Shown: positions 1-10,908 of the stretch, piece by piece
Position numbering within the stretch: the first letter of the stretch is position 1
Layout of the letters: each line of letters starts with the position of its first letter
Origin: Phyllobates terribilis
Taxonomy: Eukaryota
Direction: 5' to 3'
DNA: 64,000 bases
Assembly (NCBI RefSeq): GCF_046119375.1
Contig: NW_027362761.1
Span: forward strand, 1,163,058,001 to 1,163,122,000
The notes under the pieces: model-generated
What the model was told of the DNA's origin: nothing
What the model saw: only the letters and a program-made list of their open reading frames with translations
Databases searched by the model: none
Made by a program: the position numbers and the translations under genes

Positions 1-829
1 CCGGTCCGGATGCCAGCTGGATCTTTCCTGAAGAAGAGACCTGTAAAGACTGCCCAGTTCTGGTTAGCGCGGCAACGCTCTTAGTCAGTTCTTGGACCTG
101 ATGGTGCAGGTCTGTTGCCGGGTAATTGTTCAAAGCCTGCGCATCAGCTCCCACAGGCCCTGCAGACAAGGGCGCCGTCTCCTGGTGATAAGTGATAGTA
201 GGGCGCCTGTGGGTCACAGCGCCACCTGGTGCCAGTTCTCGGAGCACCCGGATGGCTCTGTCCTTGAACTGTGCAAAGTCCAGGTCAGGGTCCTGTAAGG
301 CCATTGCCCGCAACTGGGTTCGGTGGGCATTGCACAGTAGACCGTCTATAAATTGTTCGGTCAACAGCTTGTCTTCATTTCCCACGCTGTCAGGGTCTGC
401 CTGCTTAATGGCTCTCAGGGCCTCTTGTAGGTTTAGAGCATAGTCTCTTATACTTTCATGTGCCCGTTGTTTGCACCCATAAAATCTGAGCTTTATTTCG
501 GCTGAGGTGCGGGTATCAAATGTGTCTTTCAGCCGGGCTAGTATCTCTCTGACAGTCCTCTTCTTCCCAGGTGACCAGGACTTTACCTCCCTTTGGGCTG
601 CCCCGATTAACTGGGCCACCAGAATGCTCACTTTTTGCTCTTCTGTGAGGGGGTATATCTGGAAGAGGCTATCAAGTCTTTCCCTAAAGTCACTCAGGGT
701 ATGTGACTCCCCTGAGTACTGGGGTAGCCAGGTTGCCCCCGGGATATAGGGCATGGTGAATAGCATGACCGCTGCAGCGGTTGCGCTGGCGGTGGCTGTG
801 GCAGTGGAGCTCCCCTCGGTGTCCGACAT
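1..829 (-). CDS. Ty3/Gypsy retrotransposon Gag, N-terminal part, open to the window edge
   Basis: ATG at 829; hand translation gives 276 uninterrupted codons (MSDTEGSS...PYIPGATWLPQYSGESHTLSDFRERL...LLTEQFIDGL...). It lies just downstream of a PBS and LTR. It is absent from the ORF track because it has no stop inside the window. Confidence 0.8.
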   Translation of the reverse strand, partial: MSDTEGSSTATATASATAAAVMLFTMPYIPGATWLPQYSGESHTLSDFRERLDSLFQIYPLTEEQKVSILVAQLIGAAQREVKSWSPGKKRTVREILARLKDTFDTRTSAEIKLRFYGCKQRAHESIRDYALNLQEALRAIKQADPDSVGNEDKLLTEQFIDGLLCNAHRTQLRAMALQDPDLDFAQFKDRAIRVLRELAPGGAVTHRRPTITYHQETAPLSAGPVGADAQALNNYPATDLHHQVQELTKSVAALTRTGQSLQVSSSGKIQLASGP

Positions 830-1236
830 CCTTCTTCCCCCCTAGTGGACCGTGGCCTACCTTGCGATGCTCTTCTTCCGTAGGCCGCGGTTCCGCAGTC
901 AATCGTCGGGGTCGAGGACCTGGCGTCGCGCTCCGATGACGTCAGCGTCGCTCTTTCTCCCTTCCAGGACCTTGCGCAGCGTCGGTGCATGGGGCGGAGC
1001 TTCGGATCTCGCGCGCTTTCGGCGTCCACGCACCTCTTCTTCCCACGCGGCGTCCTGAAGATGGCGTCCGATGGCGGGAAGCAGCCGCGGATGGCGGGAA
1101 GACGGCAGAAGACGGCGGGAAACGGTCCAAGATGGCGTCCGATGGCGGGAAACGACTCCGGACAGCGGGAAACTTCACCACAGGTAAGTATAAAAGTCTT
1201 TTTCAGGCACGCAGTACCCGGTGGTTGCGGGCACGA

Positions 1237-1255
1237 AATCCTGCCGACTACGCCA
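1237..1255 (-). promoter_or_regulatory. Primer-binding site complementary to the tRNA-Ser 3' end
   Basis: Plus strand AATCCTGCCGACTACGCCA equals the 3' 19 nt of vertebrate tRNA-Ser (GTAGTCG...CCTGCCGACTACG+CCA). It sits 4 nt from the LTR end. Confidence 0.9.
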
Positions 1256-1259
1256 AAGT

Positions 1260-2320
1260 TGACGCGCTCCCTGGGTCTGTGTTGTGCAGGGGATACCCGG
1301 AGCTGGATCGCTGGGGGTTGTAGTCTCAGTGTGGCGGTGACCCGGTCCGTGCCCAGGGCGGTCAAACCAGTGGCAGTCTTAGGTAATAACAATGTCCGAC
1401 TACGCCACCCGTGGATTGCGGTCAGTGGGGACCGCCGCTGCGCTGCAGACCGCTGAGGCTGATGTTGTATGCGCAGCTAAGTATGGGATAACTCCCCACG
1501 GGAGAAGTATTGCCTCAGGGCAGCTAGTGTGGATGATGGGAGTGATGGTGTGAGCGTCCCAGTAGTAATGGTGCTGGTGCGGCGATGAAACACAGAGACG
1601 TGTGGTGCAGTTCAGGGTCTTTACTGATGGTATAAAACAGACCCTCCCGGGAGTACTGGTTAGCAGTAGGGGTCTGGTCAGTCTGTGAGCAAGCAGGATC
1701 TCCCCTGGCCAGGTGGAGTTGTAGGCCTCCCCGACTATCTGCACTCTTTCCTGGCTACCTTGCTCTATGCGGGTAGAAGTAGCCCACGTTCCTGAGTATA
1801 CCGTGTGGTGCTCACCCGTATGGCCGGTGACTTGGGGCCTTCCGTTAGCCTCCGCTTCACGATGGCGGTGCTGGTCCCTTGCTTGTGACCGTGCCTCCGG
1901 GCTTCTAAGGCCAGAGGACATGGAATCCCCTGCCGGTTGGATTCTGCTGCTGGACCTGGATGTCCTCACAGCCTCGGACTCCGTGTCCGGGTTTAGTGTC
2001 TTCAGCCAAGGCGAGCTATCTAGCTTCCAGCCTCTGGCACTCACTCCTGCTCCTACAGCGCTCCTGTTGTCACTTTCCCTGTGTCTGCTGTCCTCCAGAC
2101 CTGACTGCGTCTCTGTCTGGGACTTCACTCCTCTGCTTGTTCTGCAGGCCCTGTCTGTCTTAATCCCGCCCCAGACCCAGTTTATAAGGGCAGATTCCTC
2201 CCCTCCCAGGTCTGGGTGGGCCGTGTTGCATGCTTAGGGCTCCTGACCAGAGAAACCTCCCACTTGCTCTCAGACATAATATTTCTATTACTGTGGTAAC
2301 CAGACCCCTGGGGTGCCACA
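1260..2320 (-). repeat. 5' LTR of the Gypsy element (1061 bp)
   Basis: TG...CA termini (TGACGCGCTCCC...GGGGTGCCACA). About 300 bp at the left end and the last 29 bp align with the solo LTR at 26100-27290. Confidence 0.85.
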
Positions 2321-4013
2321 TTATCATCCCTAATCTTCATACATGGCTCGACAACAGAGAGAACCTGGATTAAACCCAACTGTTTAGCCATGGCAATTGC
2401 CACCAAGAAGACTGTTTTCAGAGTCAAGTTCTTTATTTTTAATTCATGAACTGGGCCGAAGGCAGGTTTGCAAGGGACTTTCAGGACAAGACTAAGTCTC
2501 TGGATTGCCGTGACAAATCTGATTATCCAGGGATGCGAGGACAATGATGTATCGAAGAAAGCACTTAGTGCCGCAATCTGTACCTTCAAGGTACTAGGTC
2601 TAAGACCTGTGTCAAATCCCGCCTGCAAGAAATCAAGGATCGCAGGGATGTCTGGTTGAAAGATGTCTACCATCCTGTTGAACTGACAAAAGGTCCTCCA
2701 GACTTTTTTATATATGGCTTGGGTTACAGGTTTTCTACTAGCCTGCATAATCTGGATCACTCTGGCGGATAAGCCTTTGGTCTGCAGGAGCCAGGCTGAA
2801 AGCTGGAGTTGTTGAAGATTCCAATGCAACAGTGGAACTTGCGCCAGAAGATCTTCCTGTAGTGGTAAAATGATTGGGTCTTCTAACACTACATGACATA
2901 GAAGGGAGAACCAACTCCTTCTTGGCCAGAATGGGACAATTGCTATGACTGTCGCCCGATCTTCCTGAATCTTCCGCAGCACTCTCGGAATTAGGGGAAC
3001 AGGTGGGAAGGCATATGCTAGACCCTCAATACTGTGAGAGAGCATCCACTGCCAGAGGATGATCTCCTGGGTCGCGAGAGAAGAAAGATGTCATCTTCGC
3101 ATTCGTTCTGGATGCAAACAGGTCTAGGTGAGGCTGACCCCATCTGCGAGTCAGTTGTTGGAACACCTCTTCGTTCAGTTCCCATTCCGAAGCCTTCATT
3201 TGACGCCTGCTGAGGTAGTCTGCCTCTTGATTGTCGGATCCCCGAAGGCAAACTGCTGAAATGGAGCTCACTATCTTCTCTATGCCTAAGATTATCCTGT
3301 TGGCCAGAGACTGGAGAAGTAGATGTCTTGGTCCGCCCTGAAGTCTGATGAAGGAGACTGCCATGATGTTGCCATGACAGATCTTCACATGTCTGTCTCT
3401 CAAGACAGCCCGGCTTCTCTGTAGGGCTTCCCAAATCGCCTGTAGTTCCCGAAAATTCGATTATCGGGTCCGAATCTCTGTGGACCATGTTCCTTAAAGA
3501 TAACAATCTCCCACTCGAGCTCTCCATCCTGAGAGACCTGCGTCTGTGGTCACTAAAAGACAAGGTTCCAGAATCCACTGCACTCCCTTCTGTAGATTCT
3601 TCTGGTCGAACCACCAGTGTAGATAGTCCTGGGTGTCTCTGAACAAAGACATCTTCATGTCTAGGTAATTCTGATGTCTGTCTGTCACTTCCAGGATGGA
3701 TTTCTGTAGAGGCCTGGAATGGAACTGGCTCCATCTGACGCAGGTGATGCATGACGTCATGATTCCCAAAATACAAATTTCCTTTCGAATCTAAGGTTTT
3801 TTCTCTCTTGCAAAATAACGAATCCTTTGTGGGATTGAGAGCATCCTGTCTTCCGGGAGATAAGACATTCGCATTCGGGAGTCGAGATAGACTCCCAGGA
3901 AGATGCGTGAAGTACTTGGGACAAGACTCGATTTTTCTTTGTTCACAATCAAACCCAGGCTGGTTAATGTCTGTAGGACAAATTCCAGATGTTGAGTCAT
4001 ACATAGAGGGCAT
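2321..4013 (-). pseudogene. DIRS ORF3: overlapping N-terminal frame plus tyrosine recombinase (frameshifted, truncated)
   Basis: ORF 3018-4013 overlaps RT in another frame. YR motifs (GLSARVIQIMQASRKPVT, ILDFLQAG, LRPSTLKVQIAALS, LKTVFLVAIA) occur in ORF 2182-3045. Confidence 0.75.
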
Positions 4014-4600
4014 CCAGCCACCAACAGAAAGTCGTCCAAGTACAGAATGATGGTAATATCCCTGAGTCGGATATAGGCTACCACCTCTGCCATGATCTTC
4101 TTAAAGATTCTGGGAGCAGATGACAGGACAAAGGGAAGACATTGGAATTGGTAGTGTAGAATCTGACTGCCTGATGGTAGTGCAAGCCTCAGATATGGCT
4201 GACTTGAGGAATGTATCGGCAGGTGGTAATATACATCCCTGAGGTCCAGGGTGCACATTACCGCATCTGTGTCTATTAGAGGAATGGCTGATCTCACTGA
4301 TTCCATGCGGAATTTTTTGTAGCGGACCCATAGGTTTAGGGGTTTCAGATTGATAATTGAACGGAACTCCCCTGATGGTTTTTTTTACTGAAAACAGAGA
4401 GGAGTAATGGCCCCAATGTTGGTCGTGTTCTGGAATTGGAACAATAACCTTCTGTTGTAGAAGCTTCTCTATGACTGCATGTAGGCGGGAAAGTGAGGTA
4501 GGGGAACCCTTTGTCAGGCGGAATTTTTGAGGGGGATTTTGAGAAAACTCTATCCTGTAACCCTGCGCTATAGTTGTTAATATCCAGGGATTTTGAGTGA
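2790..4600 (-). pseudogene. DIRS pol: reverse transcriptase, RNase H and methyltransferase-like domain
   Basis: ORFs 3791-4306 (LDLRDVYYH, LPFVLSSAPRIF, YLDD), 3494-3769 (TTDAGLSGW) and 3026-3403 (DNQEADYLSR, DLFAS) are all one frame broken by nonsense codons. YAFPP follows after a frameshift. Confidence 0.85.
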
Positions 4601-6020
4601 CCCGATGCCAACTGTTTTTGAAAAACCTTAATCGCCCCCCTACTCTGACATAGTCATTGCCGTTTTGAACGGGAGCTAGTACTGAGCTGGTATTTTTTAT
4701 CTTTGTTCCCCTTATTAAAACTCCAGCTCGTGGACCCCCCTTTTTTCTGAGTGTTATGTTTTCGGAAGGGGAAAGGTTTGCGAAAGGGCTGCTCCTTCTT
4801 TTTCTCCTCAGGGAAGCCCTTCTTTTTATCGGACGCTTTTTCTAGTATGTCATCTAACACTGGTCCGAATACTCTGAGCCCTGAAAATGGAATGTAGCAC
4901 AGCTTGTTCTTAGAAGCGGTATCCCCAGACCATGTCTTTAACCAAACAGCTCTTTGGGCTGAGTTGGAAAGCGCATTATTTATGGCAGCAAATCTGACCC
5001 ATTCTGCCGAAGCGTCGGCCATAAAATTCGTTGTAATTTTTAATAGGGGCAATGATTGAAGGAGAGATTCCCTCAGGGTGCCATCCCGTAGGTGACCCTC
5101 TAGCTCCTCTAGCCAGACTTTCATGGATCTGGCAATAGATGTAGCAGCGACATTAGACTTAATAACTGCCACCAAGGCTTCCCAGGCTTCCATCCACCTT
5201 TCGATCCATAGGATCTTTAAGTCCTGATGAATTCTCAAAGGGGATAGAGGTTTTCTTGACCACTGGGATGTCAATCTTAGGAATGGTGTCCCAAACATTG
5301 GTGTCTTCGGGATCAAAGGAGAGTCGGGTGCAGAAGTCTTGTGGAATAGAGAGCCTCTTCTCCGCATCCTCCCATTCCTCCAGTATCATGTCTTTCACAT
5401 GAGCATTAACAGGGAAAACCATGGAACTCTGGGTTCTAAGTCCACCAAACATCTCATCTTGAATGTTTCTGCTCTTCTCCGTCTCTTCTACCTGCATCGT
5501 GTTTCGGACGGCTCATAGAAGAATATCCATACCATCTGAGTGGAACATATACTTTTTCCGTTCCCCGCCCTGAGGTGGACTAATGGTCTCACGGTTGCCA
5601 GAGTCGCCAGATGGGTCGATTTCACCCTCAGAAGATGGTGCTATATCTTCTCTGGGTCTTTTGGGTCCCCGGACATCCAGGACCTCTGAACCTGGGGGCT
5701 GCAGAGACGTAAGAGAGGCCTGAACTTCTTCTTTGATTATATAACCCCTGGCAAAAATTATGGAATCACCGGGCTCGGAGGATGTTCATTCAGTTGTTTA
5801 AAAAAAGCAGATCACAGACATGGCACAAAACTAAAGTCATTTCAAATGGCAACTTTAGGGCTTTAAGAAACGCTAAAAGAAATCAAGATAAAAAATGTGG
5901 TACTCAGGGTAATTTTTTTCAGACCAAGCAGAGGGAAAAAATTATGGAATCACTCAATTCGGAGGAAAAAATTATGGAATCATGAAAAATAAACACACAA
6001 AAGAACACTCCAATACATCA

Positions 6021-7036
6021 CTAGTATTTTGTTGCACCACCTCTGGCTTTAATAACAGTCTCTGAGGCATGGACTTAATGAGTGACAAACAGTACTCTTC
6101 ATCAATCTGGCTCCAACTTTCTCTGATTGCTGTTGCCAGATCAGCATTGCAGGTTGGAGCCTTGTCATGGACCATTTTCTTCAACTTCCACCAAAGATTT
6201 TCAATTGGATTGAGATCCGAACTATTTGCAGGCCATGACATTGACCTTATGTGTCTTCTTTGAAGGAATGTTTTCACAGTTTTTTCTCTGTAGCAGGATG
6301 CATTATCATCTTGAAAAATGATGTCATCATCCCCAAACATCCTTTCAATTGATGGGATAAGAAAACTGTCCAAAATATCAATGTAAACTTGGGCATTTAT
6401 TGAAGATGTAATGACAGCTATCTCCCCAGTGCCTCTACCTGACATGCAGCCCCATATCATCAATGACTGTGGAAATTTGCATGTTCTCTTCATGTAGTCA
6501 TCTTTATAAATCTCATTGGAACGGCACCAAACAAAAGTTCCGGCATCATCACCTCGCCCAATGCAGATTCACGACTCATCACTGAATATGACTTTCATCC
6601 AGTCATCCACAGTCCACGACTGCTTTTCCTTAGCCCATTGTAACCTTGTTTTTTTCTGTTTAGGTGTTAATGATGGCTTATGTTTAGCTTTTCTGTACGT
6701 AAATCCCATTTCCTTTCGGCGGTTTCTTACAGTTCGGTCACAGACATGGACTCCAGTTTCCTACCATTCATTCCTCATTTGTTTTGTTGTGCATTTCCTG
6801 TTTTGGAGACATATTGCTTTAAGTTTCCGGTCTTGACGCTTTGATGTCTTCCTTGGTCTACCAGTATGTTTGCCTTTAACAACCTTCCCATGTTGTTTGT
6901 ATTTGGTCCAGATTTTAGACACAGCTGACTATGAACAACCAACATCTTTTGCAAAATTGCGTGATGATTTACCTTCTTTTAAGAGCTTGATAATCCTCTC
7001 CTTTGTTACAATTGACATCTCTCATGTTGGAGCCAT
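6021..7036 (-). pseudogene. Tc1 transposase pseudogene
   Basis: MAPT*EMSIVTKERIIKLL..GRPRKTS..IFSDES, then FQDDN..34 aa..NPIENLW; several in-frame stops. Confidence 0.9.
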
Positions 7037-7285
7037 GATTCATGTCAGTCCACTTGGTGCAACAACTCTCCAAGGTGTGATCACTCCTTTTTAGATGCAG
7101 ACTAACGAGCAGATCTAATTTGACACAGGTGTTAGTTTTGGAAATGAAAATTTACAGGGTGATTCCATAATTTTTTCCTCAGAATTGAGCGATTCCATAA
7201 TTTTTTTCCCTCTGCTTGGTCTGAAAAAAAATTACCCTTACGCAGTACCACATTTTTTATCTTGATTTCTTTTAGTGTTTCTTAA

Positions 7286-8769
7286 CCCCTTAACCCCCGA
7301 GGGTGGTTTGCACGTTAATGACCAGGCCAATTTTTACAATTCTGACCACTGTCATTTTATGAGGTAATTACTCTTCAACGCTTCAACGGATCCCCCTGAT
7401 TCTGAGATTGTTTTTTCGTGACATACTGTACTTCATGATTGTGGTAAAATTTCTTCGATATCACTTGCATTTATTTGTGAAAAAAACAGAAATTTGGCGA
7501 AAATGTTGAAAATTTTGCAATTTTCAAACTTTTAATTTTTATGCCCTTAAATCAGAGAGATATGTCACACAAAATAGTTAATAAATAACATTTCCCACAT
7601 GTCTACTTTACATCAGCACAATATTGGAACCAAAATTTTTTTTTGTTAGGGAGCTAAAAGGGTTAAAAGTTGACCAGCGATTTCTCATTTTTCCAACAAA
7701 ATTTACAAAACCATTTTTTTAGGGACCACATCACATTTGAAGTCACTTTGAGAGGTCTTTATGACAGAAAATATCCAAAAGTGACACCATTCTAAAAACT
7801 GCACCCCTCAAGGTGCTCAAAACCACATTCAAGAACTTTATTAACCCTTCAGGTGCTTCACAGGAATTTTTGGAATGTGGAAGAAAAAAAATGAACATTT
7901 AACTTTTTCACAAAAAAGTTACTTTAGACCCAATTTTTTTTACTTTCACAGGGGTAACAAGAAAAAAATGTACCCCAACATTTGTTGTGCAATTTCCCCT
8001 GGGCACGCAGATACCCCATATGTGGGGAAAAAACACTGTTTGGGCGCACGGCAGGGCTCGGAAGGGAAGGAGCGCCATTTGACTTTTTGATTGTAAAATT
8101 TGCTTGAATAATTAGTGGACACCATGTTGCGTTTGGAGAGCCCCTGATGTGCCTAAACATTGGAGCTCCCCCACAAGTGACCCTATTTTGGAAACTAGAC
8201 CCCCCAAGGCACCTATCTAGATGCATAGTGAGCACTTGGAACCCCCAGGTGCTTCACAAATTGAAAGTGTTTTTTTTTCACTTTTTCATTTTTACGAATC
8301 AATTTGTGAAGCACCTGGGGGTTCCAAGTGCCGTGCAGGCTGTCAGCGCTGGACAGGGAGAAGATAGTTTGGAGATGCACTGCAAATGTCCAAACAATCT
8401 TCCTGTTGTCTGGTGACCCGGATGTTGTCATGAAGACATCGGGTCATCATGGCAACATCCTGGAAGCCACGGCAGACAGCGCTGGAGGCCGGAAGAGGAG
8501 GTGAGTATCTGCGATCACCTCCCCTTGCCACAACAATGCTGCGATCGACTTTGATCGCAGCATTGCGGGGGTTAATGTGCTGGGAGCGGTGCGGGACCGC
8601 TCCCTGCACATAGTACCAGGTGTCAGCTGTGTCAATCAGCTGACACCCGGCGGCGATCGAGCCCGCACAGCCTGTGTGCACGCGCGATCGCGATGACGTA
8701 CTAATACAGGTCTGGCTCTTAAGTCCCAGGGCACAGACGCGTATTAGTAAGTCTAATGTTGTTAAGGGT
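7286..8769. mobile_element. Non-autonomous piggyBac-like TTAA element inserted in the Tc1 TIR
   Basis: TTAA duplicated (7282-85, 8770-73); CCCCTTAAC / GTTAAGGGT ends; the Tc1 TIR sequence resumes seamlessly. Related pieces occur at ~13500-15130 and ~24400-25590. Confidence 0.8.
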
Positions 8770-9439
8770 TTAAAGTCCTAAAGTTGCCATTTGAAATGAC
8801 TTTAGTTTTGTGCCATGTCTGTGATCTGCTTTTTTTCAACATTAAACAACTGAATGAACATCCTCCGAGCCCGGTGATTCCATAATTTTTGCCAGGGGTT
8901 GTAATAAGCATCTCGTTTAATAAAGCTCCGTGCGCCTCCTTTAACATGGAGGCTCTACATTCAGCACATAGACGCTTTGTATACAAGTCGGGAAGTCTGA
9001 TGTTACAATCCAGGCACCTCTTGGATTTCTATGTGGCCTTTTTCCCTGCATCCTCCTTTTTTTCAGAATGAGGTGGTAACTGCACAGAGATATCCTATAA
9101 AAAATATGGAAGGCCTGGTAAGGGCAAGTTCCATTAACCATATGAAAGGTAATGGTACACTTACATGACTGTGGGGCAATCCAGGGAGGGTATCAGGGTG
9201 TATCAGCCATTGTACTGCCAGGGGTGCCAAAGCTGTAAGCCTGCTTTTGATGCTCCCCAGCTCCCTTTTTATACATTGAGGTGGTTGGCGGTTTGAGGGC
9301 TTTTAACCTCTTGTGCTTCCTGTCCCTACAAAGGATATGGGATTACTCCTCCTATGGTGCTGTCATGGGGACGTACTGGAAAAACTTGTTGCATCATTCC
9401 CAAGAAGACTCATGGCTGTACTAGCTCAGAAGGGGGCTT

Positions 9440-9615
9440 CTACTCAATACTGAGCAAAGGGTCTGAATACTTATGACCATGTGATATTTCAGTTTTTCTT
9501 TTTTAATCAATTTGCAAAAATGTCTACATTTCTGTTTTTTTTTTCAGTCAGGATGGGGTGCAGAGTGTACTTTAATGAGAAAAAATGAACTTTTTAGAAT
9601 TTACAAAATGGCTGA
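9440..9615. mobile_element. Fragment of a second Tc1-like element (TIR-proximal)
   Basis: GAGCAAAGGGTCTGAATACTTATGACCATGTGATATTTCAG resembles fish/amphibian Tc1 ends as I recall them. Confidence 0.5.
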
Positions 9616-10375
9616 TATATATATATATATATCTCTTTACAAAATCCATTGCATGAACTTGTTATAGCAGTAAGTAATTGTTTTCTGCAAGCTCCTTTCA
9701 GATCCAGGGCCTTTTTACACAGTGGTGCAGTAAATGCTAGACGTCAAGGCAAATTTCTTTACTTAATTTTTCACAAAAGGCAAAAAAGGAGGCGATGAGC
9801 TGTGACATCACATATTGAGAATGGTGGATCCGGTGTTATCCATGTCTACTTGTCATTACAAACCTACATTTGATCACAATGAGAAGATTGCTCAAAAGTC
9901 ACCTCAACTGAAGAGCAGTCAGCACCCAGTGACTGCAAACGGCACAGTTTCAGGATATTTTTTATTCTTAGATTGGGATGGTAAGAATTATGCCGTTGCC
10001 TTACTTTCTTTTCCCATCGTTGTGTCCAGGGCTGTGGAGTCGGAGCCCATTTTGGTGGAGTCAGTATAAAATGGACCGCCTCAGACCATATATAATAAAT
10101 TGGGTACAGTAGTTCAATGTAGTTTGTGGGGAATATTTTGCTCTTAAGAATTTGGGAAAGTTATGAAATGTCCTATAAATGTCTGTCCTATTCCTGATCT
10201 AAGGGTCTAGACTTTTAGCGGAGATGATTCTGAGCTACAGTAAATTTATCACTTAAACATGAGCCGTGTATGAGGGAGTCGGAGTCATGGAAATGGAGGA
10301 GTCGGAGGTTTGGCTTACCGACTCCACAGCCCTGGTTGTGTCTGCACAGCAGTTCATGTCATCAGTAGTGAGGAC

Positions 10376-10660
10376 TAGTGTTGAGCAAGTATGTTTTGTT
10401 AACCCTTTCGCCGAGTACGCTTGGGCCGAGCTCCGAGTATTTATAGCTGCTCGGTGATATGGTTGAATCGCTCCCGTGTGCTTGATTTGCAACTGTTTGA
10501 CAGCTTTATTACATGTGAGGAATGTCTATTTCTTACACATTCCTCACATGTAATAAAGCTGTCAAACAGTCACAAATCATGCACACGGGAGCGATTCAAA
10601 TACATCACCGAGCAGCTGTAAATACTCGGAGCTCGGCCCGAGCATACTCGCGCATCACTA
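10376..10660. mobile_element. hAT-like foldback MITE
   Basis: TAGTG...CACTA ends; 8-bp flanks GTGAGGAC / GCGAGGAC (1 mismatch); interior is a long inverted repeat. Confidence 0.7.
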
Positions 10661-10902
10661 GCGAGGACTCTTCCACATGCTCAGCGAGCGTTAGGCGTTA
10701 GGAGTCCTCAGTTTTCACTGTGGCTGAAATACACTATAGAGGTAGCGAGTGACCTCTGAACAAACAATGGCTGTACAAGCTCCGGTGCAAGCGCAGTCCG
10801 GCTCCTACTGTATATACCGGCAAAGGCAGTCTGCGTTTTGGCTCAGTATGATGTACGGATTCACTGTTAAATCAAAGCTTAAAGGGTTAAATTAAAGTCA
10901 TA

Positions 10903-10908
10903 TTTATT
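10903..10908 (-). terminator. TACC3: TACC3 polyadenylation signal AATAAA
   Basis: First AATAAA on the minus strand, about 60 nt after the stop codon. Confidence 0.65.

Larger units (their letters stand above)
1..2320 (-). mobile_element. 5' part of a Gypsy LTR retrotransposon (LTR, PBS, leader, gag) inserted into a DIRS tyrosine recombinase gene
   Basis: LTR 1260-2320, PBS 1237-1255, gag 829-1. DIRS YR homology stops exactly at 2321. Confidence 0.85.
5742..8901 (-). mobile_element. Tc1-family (DD34E, IR/DR-type) DNA transposon, non-functional
   Basis: Inverted termini (T/C)AACCCCTGGCAAAAATTATGGAATCACCGGGCTCGGAGGATGTTCATTCAGTTGTTT with TA on both sides (5740-41, 8902-03). AAAAATTATGGAATCA is repeated within the TIR. 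Confidence 0.92.
4654..9140 (-). pseudogene. DIRS ORF1 (gag-like), interrupted by the Tc1 at 5742-8901
   Basis: N-terminal CxxC..CxxC (RCLDCNIRLPDLYTKRLCAEC) lies right of the Tc1. ORFs 5159-5497 and 4654-5367 lie left of it. The frame is restored across the TA site. Confidence 0.7.
2321..9384 (-). mobile_element. Decayed DIRS1-type tyrosine-recombinase retrotransposon, split by Tc1 and truncated by Gypsy
   Basis: Recognisable ORF1, RT (YLDD), RNase H, methyltransferase-like (DLFAS, YAFPP) and YR segments in DIRS order. The 5' end near 9384 is approximate. Confidence 0.85.

Noticed and set aside
1237-1255. tRNA-Ser gene
   Set aside because: Only the 3' 19 nt are present, including the post-transcriptional CCA, next to an LTR. 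It is a PBS.
694-2237. ORFs of 155-242 aa over the Gypsy leader and LTR
   Set aside because: GC-rich non-coding retroelement DNA with no recognisable domain. An antisense ORF cannot be excluded without family comparison.
5972-6493. Active Tc1 transposase
   Set aside because: The N-terminal half has several stops, the C-terminus has a deletion, and one TIR is interrupted.
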